Source: Gammaproteobacteria bacterium (GTDB lineage Bacteria > Pseudomonadota > Gammaproteobacteria > Ga0077536). Taken from it: a stretch of 64,000 nucleotides of DNA. Positions 16,341-24,528 of the stretch are shown piece after piece. The position numbers and the translations under genes are program-made. The notes below the pieces were generated by a model. That model worked only from the letters and a program-made list of their open reading frames with translations. It was not told the origin of the DNA and did no database searches. The stretch spans positions 7,737 to 71,736 of the forward strand of contig JAIEQK010000011.1 in assembly GCA_019747795.1 (NCBI GenBank), in the 5' to 3' direction. Position 1 is the first letter of the stretch; the number at the start of each line of letters is the position of its first letter.

Positions 16341-18113
16341 CTATGGCGCGTCCGCGCCGTGGGTGGCCAGCCGTCGCAGGCGTTCGACGCCCACCGGCTC
16401 TTCGGTCAACAGCGGTACAACGGCGTGACGCCTGGCGTGTCGGGTGCGTACCAGGTCGATCTCGCGCAGCTCGTTGGCGGCGCGCTGGCGGAGCAGGGGC
16501 GCTTCGGGATGGCTGGCGGCGACGCAGTTGTTGATGACCCAGGCCCAGGGCTCGATGCCGGCCCGGCGCAGATCCTGCTGCAGGCTCGCGGCTTCCAGCA
16601 CCGGGGTGGTCTCCGCCAGCGTCACCAGCAGGACCTTGGTGCGGTCAGGATCCTGCAGCTGCAGCATCGGCGTGTGATAGCGCACCGACGAGCCGCTCAG
16701 CTGGCGGACGATTTCGCGGTGATAAGCGCCGGTAGCGTCGAGCAGCAGCAGTGTGTGACCCGTGGGCGCCGTGTCCATGACCACGAACTTCCTGGCCGCT
16801 TCGCGGATCACTCGCGAGAAGGCCTGGAATACCGCGATCTCCTCCGTGCAGGGCGAGCGCAGGTCTTCCTCGAGCAACGCGCGACCGTGCGCGTCGAGCT
16901 TGGCGCCCTTGGTGTCCATGACGTGCTGACGATAGCGCACGGTCTCCGCCTGTGGATCGATGCGGTCGACGGTCAGATGGGGCAACGCGCCGTCCAGCGT
17001 GTCGGCGAGGTGCGCGGCCGGGTCGGAGGTGGTCAGGTGCACGTCGTGCCCGCGCAGCGCGAGTTCGACGGCGACCGCGGCGGCGAGCGTGGTCTTGCCG
17101 ACCCCGCCCTTGCCCATCAGCATCACGAGCCCATGACCGCTCACGGCGATGTCGTCGACGAGCGAGGCCAGGCTCGGCGCCTGCAGTGGCGGCAGGGCCG
17201 GCAGCTGGGCGTCGGTCGCATCCATGGTCTCGCGCAGCAGCTGCCGCAGTGCGTCCACGCCGACGAGATTGAAGGGCTTGAGCGCGACTTCATCGCGCGG
17301 CAGTGCCTGCAGCGCTTCGGGCAGGGCGGCGAGTTCCTGTTGCTCCCGTCGGCACACGGCCTGGGCCAGAGGGTCGTCGCCTGCGCCGTCGCGCGGGTAG
17401 ACGCCGTTCACGACCAGGAACTGCTGGTCGATCCCCAGCTCGGCGAGCTCATCGTGGGTGCGGGCGGCTTCACGCAGGGTCGAGCGCTGAGCGCGGGCGA
17501 CCAGCACCATGCGCGTGCGCGTCGAGTCGGCCAGCGCCGCCACGGCAGCGCGATACTGATCGCGCTGTTTCTCCAGGCCGGCCAGCGGGCCGAGACAGGA
17601 GGCGTCGCCCTTGCCGGCGTCGAGAAAGCCGCTCCAGGCGCCCGGTAGCTGCAACAGGCGAATGGTGTGGCCGGTGGGCGCCGTGTCGAACACGATGTGC
17701 GCGTAGCGCTGCGCGAGATCGGCGCTGGTCAGCAGGCCCGTGAATTCGTCGAAGGCGGCGATCTCGGTGGTGCACGCGCCGGACAACTGCTCTTCGATGC
17801 TGCGCACGACACTTTCCGGCAGCACGCCGCGTACCGGGCCGACGATGCGATCGCGGTAGGCCTGGGCGGCGGCCTGGGGATCGATCTCGAGCGCGCTCAG
17901 GTTCGGTACCGCGGCGATGGGCGTCACGCGATTGCCGATCGCGATGTCGAACACCTGGCCGACGTTCGAGGCCGGATCGGTGCTGACCAGCAGCACCGCC
18001 TTGCCGCGACCGGCGAGTTCCACCGCCGTCGCGCACGCCAGGGAGGTCTTGCCGACGCCGCCCTTGCCGGTGAAGAAGAGGAAGATCGGCGGCGACTGCA
18101 GAAAGCGGAACAT
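16341..18113 (-). CDS. arsA: Arsenite-transporting ATPase ArsA (two homologous halves).
   Basis: Two Walker A motifs (FTGKGGVGKTS and LMGKGGVGKTT). Two signal-transduction DTAPTGHT motifs. 590 aa. Start MFRFLQSPP computed from the track by frame arithmetic. Confidence 0.9.
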   Translation of the reverse strand: MFRFLQSPPIFLFFTGKGGVGKTSLACATAVELAGRGKAVLLVSTDPASNVGQVFDIAIGNRVTPIAAVPNLSALEIDPQAAAQAYRDRIVGPVRGVLPESVVRSIEEQLSGACTTEIAAFDEFTGLLTSADLAQRYAHIVFDTAPTGHTIRLLQLPGAWSGFLDAGKGDASCLGPLAGLEKQRDQYRAAVAALADSTRTRMVLVARAQRSTLREAARTHDELAELGIDQQFLVVNGVYPRDGAGDDPLAQAVCRREQQELAALPEALQALPRDEVALKPFNLVGVDALRQLLRETMDATDAQLPALPPLQAPSLASLVDDIAVSGHGLVMLMGKGGVGKTTLAAAVAVELALRGHDVHLTTSDPAAHLADTLDGALPHLTVDRIDPQAETVRYRQHVMDTKGAKLDAHGRALLEEDLRSPCTEEIAVFQAFSRVIREAARKFVVMDTAPTGHTLLLLDATGAYHREIVRQLSGSSVRYHTPMLQLQDPDRTKVLLVTLAETTPVLEAASLQQDLRRAGIEPWAWVINNCVAASHPEAPLLRQRAANELREIDLVRTRHARRHAVVPLLTEEPVGVERLRRLATHGADAP

Positions 18114-18127
18114 GGCTCGCGCGCGTT

Positions 18128-18493
18128 TCAGCAGCACTGCTCGCCGCTGCAGCACGCGCCGGCGCCGGGCGCGGACGGCGCATCGCCCTGACGAGCCCAG
18201 CGCGCGAGCTCGGTGCGGCTCGGATAACGACCGTTCAAAACCGCCTCGCCATCCACGAGGACGAGCGGCAGGCCGGCCTCGCCACTGGCATGCAGAAAGG
18301 CGCTGACGACCGGGTTGTTCGCGAAATCGAGCGGCGCCTGGGCGAGATTGTGGCGTTGGACATCGACGCCCTGGCTGCGCGCCCATTCGAGGTCGGCAGC
18401 GAAATAGAGCAGGGCTTCGTCGACGTCGACGCCGCATACACCGCTCGCACAGCACAGGGCCGGGTCGTAGATGTCGATGACAGGCACGGTCAC
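18128..18493 (-). CDS. arsD: Arsenical-resistance metallochaperone/repressor ArsD.
   Basis: 'MTVPVIDIYDPALCCASGVCG' (Cys12-Cys13-Cys18 As(III) site). C-terminal 'GACCSGEQCC'. Closely parallels canonical ArsD. Confidence 0.9.
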   Translation of the reverse strand: MTVPVIDIYDPALCCASGVCGVDVDEALLYFAADLEWARSQGVDVQRHNLAQAPLDFANNPVVSAFLHASGEAGLPLVLVDGEAVLNGRYPSRTELARWARQGDAPSAPGAGACCSGEQCC

Positions 18494-18570
18494 TCCTCTC
18501 GTTCAGGTCTCGCCCCATCGGGCGGTGCAGTGGGACAACATGCGTCCTGCGCGGAACGGCGCGGACCTCG

Positions 18571-18936
18571 TCACTTCGCTGCCACGCGGGGCCGCGCGGT
18601 CTTTGCTGGCCGGCAGGACACCGACGCAAGGGCGTCGACGCACTGCTCGGGATGGCCCTGGCAACACTCGTCGGTGAGGAAGGCCACCAGCGCCTGCACC
18701 GCCGGCAGCAGCGCCCGGTAGCGTTGGAAGCGCCCCTCGGAGGTCACGGCGACCAGGCCCGCATGGGTCAGGGTCTTGAGATGGAAGGAGAGGTTGGCCG
18801 GCGTGACGCCGAGCGCGGTGGCGATTTCGCCGGCCACCAGGCCCGTGGGCTCGTGGCGCACCAGGAGGCGGAAAGTCTCCAGGCGCACAGCGGAGGACAG
18901 GGCCTCGAAGACCTTGCTGGCATCGGCAGAGCGCAT
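18571..18936 (-). CDS. arsR: ArsR-family As(III)-responsive repressor with a C-terminal Cys-Cys-x-Cys sensing site (atypical/AfArsR-like type).
   Basis: wHTH 'VRLETFRLLVRHEPTGLVAGEIATALGVTPANLSFHLKTL'. No Cys in the DNA-binding helix, but C-terminal 'DECCQGHPEQC'. First gene of arsR-arsD-arsA-acr3. Confidence 0.8.
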   Translation of the reverse strand: MRSADASKVFEALSSAVRLETFRLLVRHEPTGLVAGEIATALGVTPANLSFHLKTLTHAGLVAVTSEGRFQRYRALLPAVQALVAFLTDECCQGHPEQCVDALASVSCRPAKTARPRVAAK

Positions 18937-19061
18937 GTCGATTGATTCAATGCTTAAAGAGACATTAAAACGTCGTGGCGCCTGCGTCGTCAACCGACGC
19001 TGGGCATGCACGGGCGTTCAGGGTGCCGCTCACGACCCGGCGCGAACGCCGCGCCGGCCGG

Positions 19062-19745
19062 TCACTCGCTTCGCGGGGCTTGGGCCGGCGGCGCGAGCCG
19101 CTGGTCTTCGTTGCGATGCCGCAGGTCCTGCTCGAGGTTCTCGATCTCGACCTGCTTCAATCCCAGTGCCGGCTCGCTCTGCAGGAAGCTGGTCCAGGAG
19201 GTCTTGGACTTGAAGTGCTCGAGGATCTCGGCATTGATGCCGTAGAGCTCGTGGTTGCGCTTGCGCGCCGCGGTGAGATCGGCACGAGTGGCGGTGAGCT
19301 GGGTCTCGAGTTCGCCCTTGGCGGCCAGCGTCGCGCGATGTTCGGCCGCGAGCTCGCGGCACTTGGCGACCGTGTCACGGAGGCGTTGTTCGGTCTGCGC
19401 GAGGCGTTCGCCGCTGCCGGCGAGCTTCTTGTCCAGTGATTCGGACTTCCGTGCGGCGAGCTCGAGATCGGTCGCGAGTTCGTCTCGCGCGTGCTTTTCA
19501 CGCGCGAGATCGCGCTCGAGGCCTGCGATCTTCACCTGCGCGGCGGCGTTGTCCGCCTCCAGGCGCGTGCGCTGCTCGGCGAGCTGTCGCAGGAGTCCCT
19601 GGGCGCGATTCAAGGCCTGTTGCAGGGCGGCGGGATCGGCGGCGGCCTGTTGCGCCTGCGGCGCTGCGACGTGCGCCACGAGCAGCGCCGCGGTGAGCAG
19701 GCGCAGGCGCCAGCGGCCCGCGGCCCGGCGCTCAGAAGTTCGCAT
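19062..19745 (-). CDS. Secreted/periplasmic coiled-coil protein (DUF3450-like) associated with the TonB cluster.
   Basis: Signal peptide 'RLRLLTAALLVAHVAAPQA' followed by ~200 aa of heptad-rich Ala/Glu/Arg/Leu sequence. Overlaps the upstream porin gene by 14 nt. Confidence 0.5.
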   Translation of the reverse strand: MRTSERRAAGRWRLRLLTAALLVAHVAAPQAQQAAADPAALQQALNRAQGLLRQLAEQRTRLEADNAAAQVKIAGLERDLAREKHARDELATDLELAARKSESLDKKLAGSGERLAQTEQRLRDTVAKCRELAAEHRATLAAKGELETQLTATRADLTAARKRNHELYGINAEILEHFKSKTSWTSFLQSEPALGLKQVEIENLEQDLRHRNEDQRLAPPAQAPRSE

Positions 19746-21441
19746 TTACGTCGACCTGCAGGACATCCATGCTGAACGGCACGCCGTCGATTTCGTCGCT
19801 CGACATCCAGCGCGTGCGCAGCCAGGTGCCGCGCGTCAGGCCGTAGTCGGCGCCGATTACGTAGCCTTGCGTGTTGGTGCCGCCGAGATTGAAGTTCGAG
19901 TCGGTGAAGGCGTCCAGCATGGAGTCGCGCTGCAGGTAGCGGTAGTAGCTGTAGAGCGTCCACTCGCCGGCGCGGTCGACGCAGTGACTCAAGGCCTGGA
20001 CCGTATCGCAGGCATTGCCGACCTGCATGCCGAGATGCCAGGCCAGCGATCTCTCGGGCACGCGCAAGCCGGTGCGACCGGCGATCTCGCCCTCGTCATA
20101 ACCGATGTTCTTGACCAGCTCGCCGGTCAGCCACACGTCCGCCGCATCGAAGCCCGAGTAACGGTACTGCATCGAGAGATTGATGAGCGTGAAGTCAGCG
20201 GCCAGGCCGAACAGCTCGGAGGTCAGGTCGAGATCGTTGCGCAGGTCGTACAAGGTGTTGCCCTTGACCACGTTGCGCGGCGCGGTCCAGTCGCGCAGCA
20301 CGCTGTTGAACTGGTTCCGCTGACCCGGGATGTTGATGTAGTCGTGAAACGCGAAGGCGACGGTCGCCGCCTGGGTCGTGGTGAAGGCGAAGTCGATGCC
20401 GGCCTGACCGCCCCACAGCCACTTGTCGTTTGACTTGTCGTCGGCGACCGGCAGCTCGTTCTCCAGCAGCGGATAGGCGCCGACGGTCAGGAACACCTGG
20501 CGCTTCGGGCTCGCGGGGCCCGACACGGGATCGAGGAACCACAACGGCTGATGCACGCTGACGGCGAAGCCTTCGAATGCCAGGTCGTTGTCCCACAGCA
20601 CGTCGGAGGGCGTGAAGTAGGGATTGGGGATGCGGCCACCGCGAGCGAACACGCGCGAGAAGCCATCCGCGTCGCGCTGGTTCCAGCCTATCCACAGGCG
20701 GTCTACGTTGAACTCTATCGGGTCGCCCTGCCGGCCGAGCGACTCGTTCATGGAGATCGGGTTGTCCAGGCGGCCGGTCACGAAGCGCAGGCCGACATCG
20801 ACATTGTCGGCGACCGTGGCGTCCAGCGACAGGCGCGCGCGCACGCGCGTGCGGTGGCGGTCCTCGGTGGAATTCAGGAACGCGTTCTGGCCGGCGCGGG
20901 TGATGCCGCCCGCCTCGTTGATGGCCTGGAAGTTGGGCAGAGAGGCCGGCTGATTGCTGCTCGCGAAGTAATCGCCCTGGTAGCGCAGGCGCGCATCGCC
21001 GCTCCAGCGGAGCGCGGTGACCCAGGCCGGCAACGCGTCCTTCAGACCCCAGCGCTCTTCCTTGGCCTTGGCGACCACGTCCGCGGTGACGTCCTTGCGC
21101 AACTCGGCGCGCACCTGCTCGCGAATCTCGTCCTTCACGAAGTTCGGGACATAGGGCACGCGCACCACCTTGCCGGCGGCGGCGGTCTTGTCCGCGGCCT
21201 GGTCGGCGGGCGCCGTCTCCACCACGGTCTCGCGCGCCGCATCGGCGCGCGCGCGCGCCGCCGCCTCGTTCTTCAGCGCCTGGGCCTTGGCCTCCGTCAG
21301 GATGCCCTGTTCCACCAGCGCATCGACCAGGTTCAGGATGGTGTTCTTCATTTCGAGCAGATCGGTGCGCTCGTCCGCCCAGGCGGTGGCCATGGGCAGG
21401 GCGAGCAACAGCGCCGCGGCGGGGCGACTCAGGACTTTCAT
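19732..21441 (-). CDS. Putative outer-membrane porin / beta-barrel protein with an N-terminal coiled-coil segment.
   Basis: Signal peptide 'MKVLSRPAAALLLALPMATAWA'. Alternating amphipathic beta-strands throughout. C-terminal '...VLQVDVNANF' aromatic terminus typical of OM barrels. Confidence 0.5.
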   Translation of the reverse strand: MKVLSRPAAALLLALPMATAWADERTDLLEMKNTILNLVDALVEQGILTEAKAQALKNEAAARARADAARETVVETAPADQAADKTAAAGKVVRVPYVPNFVKDEIREQVRAELRKDVTADVVAKAKEERWGLKDALPAWVTALRWSGDARLRYQGDYFASSNQPASLPNFQAINEAGGITRAGQNAFLNSTEDRHRTRVRARLSLDATVADNVDVGLRFVTGRLDNPISMNESLGRQGDPIEFNVDRLWIGWNQRDADGFSRVFARGGRIPNPYFTPSDVLWDNDLAFEGFAVSVHQPLWFLDPVSGPASPKRQVFLTVGAYPLLENELPVADDKSNDKWLWGGQAGIDFAFTTTQAATVAFAFHDYINIPGQRNQFNSVLRDWTAPRNVVKGNTLYDLRNDLDLTSELFGLAADFTLINLSMQYRYSGFDAADVWLTGELVKNIGYDEGEIAGRTGLRVPERSLAWHLGMQVGNACDTVQALSHCVDRAGEWTLYSYYRYLQRDSMLDAFTDSNFNLGGTNTQGYVIGADYGLTRGTWLRTRWMSSDEIDGVPFSMDVLQVDVNANF

Positions 21442-21482
21442 CGGATGGAGCGGAACTCGAGGCTTGAGGTTCGTGGACGGCA

Positions 21483-22166
21483 TCAACTGCGCGAGGAGAT
21501 GCGGATTCGGATCGGCTGCGGCAGGTCCTCGGGCGGCGCATGCGACAGGCGCAGACCACCGGCCAGCGCACGCCGCACGGCCTCATCGACGGCCCGGTCG
21601 CCGGTACCGCGCATGACCTCGGCCTGCTGCAGACGGCCTTCGCCGTCGATCCAGATGCGCACGACCACCGCGTAGCGGCCCTTGTGCATCTCCGAGATGT
21701 CGGCGAGCAGGGCCTGCAGTTCGGTCTGAATGACGCCGGCGTACCACTTCTTGCTGTCACCGCCGCCGATGAGCGCGCGCCCGCCCTTCTTGGCCTTGAG
21801 ACCAAAGCCGTCCGCGCCCGCGACGCCGTCGGCGTCGAGGCCGAGATCGTCACCCGGCGGCGCTTCGTCACTGGGCTGCTCGGCCACCGGCTCCGGCTCG
21901 GGTTCGGGGACATCCACTTCCTGCACTTCCGGCGGCGGTTCTTCCACCTGCGGTGGCGGCGGTGGCGGGGGAGGTGGCGGCTGCACTATGGAGATCTGCT
22001 GGATCTCGGGCGCCTTGGGTGCGTCCGCGCCGCCCATGCTGCCAAAGAAGACATACAGGCCTGCGCCGATCACGAGGACGACCAGTCCGGCGGTGATCTG
22101 CGCGCCGTAGCGGCGCCAGAAGCCGTCTTCACTGTCGTCGTCGGCGTCGAATCTTGGTTCCATCAT
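21483..22166 (-). CDS. tonB: Energy transducer TonB.
   Basis: N-terminal TM anchor. Proline-rich spacer 'PPPPPPPPPPQVEEPPPEVQEV...PEPEPEP'. C-terminal TonB domain 'YAVVVRIWIDGEGRL'. Confidence 0.75.
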   Translation of the reverse strand: MMEPRFDADDDSEDGFWRRYGAQITAGLVVLVIGAGLYVFFGSMGGADAPKAPEIQQISIVQPPPPPPPPPPQVEEPPPEVQEVDVPEPEPEPVAEQPSDEAPPGDDLGLDADGVAGADGFGLKAKKGGRALIGGGDSKKWYAGVIQTELQALLADISEMHKGRYAVVVRIWIDGEGRLQQAEVMRGTGDRAVDEAVRRALAGGLRLSHAPPEDLPQPIRIRISSRS

Positions 22167-22573
22167 TTGACGAGCTTCTGTGTGACGAGTCCGATTTGCG
22201 TGATGCCTATGCGGCCGCACATGTCCAGCACGTCGACCACCAGTTGGTACTGCACGGTCGAGTCGCCCTTGATGATCACCGGCAGGCCGGGATCGGCGGC
22301 GTGCAGGCTGCCGAGGCGCGACTCCAGTTCCTGGATGGTCACGGGATAGGTGTCCAGGTAGATGGTGCCGTCGGCGGAAATGGTCACCGCCTTGGTTTTG
22401 GGCGTTTCCAGCGGCGGCGCGCTGCTCGCCTGCGGCAGGTTGACCTGTATGCCCTGCACCGCGGCGGTGGTCATGATGATGAAGATGATCAGCAGCACGA
22501 AGGTGAGGTCCACCATCGGCGTGATGTTGATGTCGTCGTAGGGTTCGTTGTCGCCCTTGAGTTCCGCGGCCAT
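22163..22573 (-). CDS. exbD: Biopolymer transport protein ExbD/TolR.
   Basis: 'INITPMVDLTFVLLIIFII' TM segment and periplasmic ExbD fold. 136 aa. 4-nt overlap with tonB. Confidence 0.85.
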   Translation of the reverse strand: MAAELKGDNEPYDDINITPMVDLTFVLLIIFIIMTTAAVQGIQVNLPQASSAPPLETPKTKAVTISADGTIYLDTYPVTIQELESRLGSLHAADPGLPVIIKGDSTVQYQLVVDVLDMCGRIGITQIGLVTQKLVK

Positions 22574-22593
22574 GGCTAGGATCCCTGCCGCGC

Positions 22594-24414
22594 TCAGCGA
22601 CCGTAGTACTCGTTGACGCGCGCCATGAACTCGTCGGCGAACACGTGCATGTCGGCCGAGATGTCCTTGACCCGCGCGCCGAGGTAGTTGTAGCCGAACA
22701 GCGACGGTATCGCGACGCCGAGGCCGGCCACGGTGGCGAGCAGCGCGGCGGCCATGCCGGGCGCGATGGCGGCGATGTTCACGTCGCCCGTCGCGGCAAT
22801 CGCGGCGAAGGTCACCATCACGCCGACCACCGTGCCGAGCAGACCGATGAAGGGCCCGCCGGAGATCGCGATGGTGAGCAGTACGAGCTGGCTGTTGAGC
22901 TTCTGGCCTTCACGCACCATGACGGCATCGAGCACCGCGCGGAGCGACATCATGGCCTTGTCGTCAAGCCCCACGGGCGCGGCGCCCACCGCCGGTGAGA
23001 AACGCGAGCGGACCTCGTCCAGGCCGCGTCGGTACACGCGGAACAGCGGCGAGTCCTTGAAGGCGCGAGCGCGATCGTAGAGTGAGGTGAAGCCCTGGTT
23101 GGGGTCGTCGACGGTCGGCGCGAGCGCTTCGTAGGCGGTCAGGAACTGCGCGGTCGCCTTGCGCGCGCGACCGAGGGAGATACCCTTCAGCACCATGACC
23201 AGCGCCGCGATGATCATCATCACGCCGCACACGCCGATCACGAGCTGTTCGACCAGCGCGTCCTTGTTGCCGAACACGCTCTGGAAAATGATGGTGAAGT
23301 GCCCGACGGCGTGGGCTTCGCCCTCGCCACCGGCGGCGCTGTCGGCGGACTCGTCCGCTGCGTAGGTGATGACGCGGTCGTTCTGCGTGCCCTGCACGGT
23401 GCTGGCGAGTGCCAGGTATTCGGCACTGCGCGCGACCGTGCTCACTTCGACTTCGTCGAGCGCGACGGCCACGCGCGCGCTGCCGTCGCCGACGCCGCCT
23501 AGAGTGATGGGGCCGTCGAGGTCAGCCAGGGTCACCGCCGCGCTGCCGGCCAGGCGACCATCGACGAACAGGCGCAGTTCGCCGCCGCCCGCGCTGACCG
23601 CGATGTGCTGCCAGGTGGCGGCGACCAGCGGCGTGGTGCTCACCACGCGTTGGCCCGCGTACTCGACCGAGAGTTCAGCGCCATTCACGGACACCGCGAG
23701 CCGCTGTCCTGCGCCGCTGCGCTCGACCAGGCGTGCGGCGCCGCTCGGCAGGCTGTCGAAGCGCGTCCACATCGCGATCGTGAAGCCCTTGTCGGCGGTG
23801 AAGCGCAGTTGCGGCGCGTCGGCCACGGTCAGCACGTTGCTGCCGTCGAGCAGCGCGCCCTGGCCGATCAAGGACGCCGGGTTGGGTACCGCGGTGCCGC
23901 TGACCTGGGTCTGGTAGGCGGTGCTGTCGGCGAGCAGCGTGGGGCCTGCGAAGTGCAGAGCGAGCGCGGTGTCCGCGTCGAAGCTCGCGCCTGGGTCGGC
24001 GGCATCGACCGCTTGCGCGTTGCCGAAATACATGAACAGGCGGTTGTCCGGCGTCTGCGGATTGACCACCGGCAGCTTGACCCACACCAGGGCCATCTGC
24101 GCGGCCGCGTCGAACTTCTCGACGTGGTACTTGAGCGGCGTCTGGTCGTCGCCCGCGACGAAGCGCAGATCGAGCCCGCCCTCGCGCACGTTCAGAAACT
24201 GCGGGAAGTTGCCCGCATGCAGGCGCAGGAGCAGCGGCGCATCGTTCACCGCCGCGGCGAGATTCGCGCCGGTGGTGCCGGTATCGACGGCCAGCGGTTT
24301 GCGTTGGGTCCATTCCTTCGCCCACCACGCGCTGGCGGACTGGGTGAAGGCGAGGGCGAGGGCGCAGAGCGCGCAGCGCAGGTAGGTGGAGCGTCGAAGC
24401 GTGGCTAGGCTCAT
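22594..24414 (-). CDS. MotA/TolQ/ExbB-family proton channel with a ~400-aa N-terminal periplasmic extension (TtpC/DUF2341-like long ExbB).
   Basis: Signal peptide. Large Ala/Gly/Thr-rich periplasmic domain. C-terminal three-TM channel module 'LTIAISGGPFIGLLGTVVGVMVTFAAIA'. Confidence 0.75.
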   Translation of the reverse strand: MSLATLRRSTYLRCALCALALAFTQSASAWWAKEWTQRKPLAVDTGTTGANLAAAVNDAPLLLRLHAGNFPQFLNVREGGLDLRFVAGDDQTPLKYHVEKFDAAAQMALVWVKLPVVNPQTPDNRLFMYFGNAQAVDAADPGASFDADTALALHFAGPTLLADSTAYQTQVSGTAVPNPASLIGQGALLDGSNVLTVADAPQLRFTADKGFTIAMWTRFDSLPSGAARLVERSGAGQRLAVSVNGAELSVEYAGQRVVSTTPLVAATWQHIAVSAGGGELRLFVDGRLAGSAAVTLADLDGPITLGGVGDGSARVAVALDEVEVSTVARSAEYLALASTVQGTQNDRVITYAADESADSAAGGEGEAHAVGHFTIIFQSVFGNKDALVEQLVIGVCGVMMIIAALVMVLKGISLGRARKATAQFLTAYEALAPTVDDPNQGFTSLYDRARAFKDSPLFRVYRRGLDEVRSRFSPAVGAAPVGLDDKAMMSLRAVLDAVMVREGQKLNSQLVLLTIAISGGPFIGLLGTVVGVMVTFAAIAATGDVNIAAIAPGMAAALLATVAGLGVAIPSLFGYNYLGARVKDISADMHVFADEFMARVNEYYGR

Positions 24415-24528
24415 GGCGTCAGCTTTATATGATGTTCTCGTTACGCTCTCGTGACAGTTGCGCTGCGCGGTCAGGACCCACGGTCGCCACCCTAGTCGAG
24501 CAGCGAGTCATGCGTGTGACGTGCGCGT

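Noticed and set aside
16359-17648. 429-aa plus-strand ORF antisense to arsA
   Set aside because: It overlaps the unmistakable two-P-loop ArsA gene and has no motifs of its own.
4000-19100. Transposase/integrase or tRNA-flanked genomic-island boundaries around the ars region
   Set aside because: I looked for DDE transposase, tyrosine-recombinase or tRNA signatures and for direct repeats at both edges and found none. The island hypothesis rests only on gene content.
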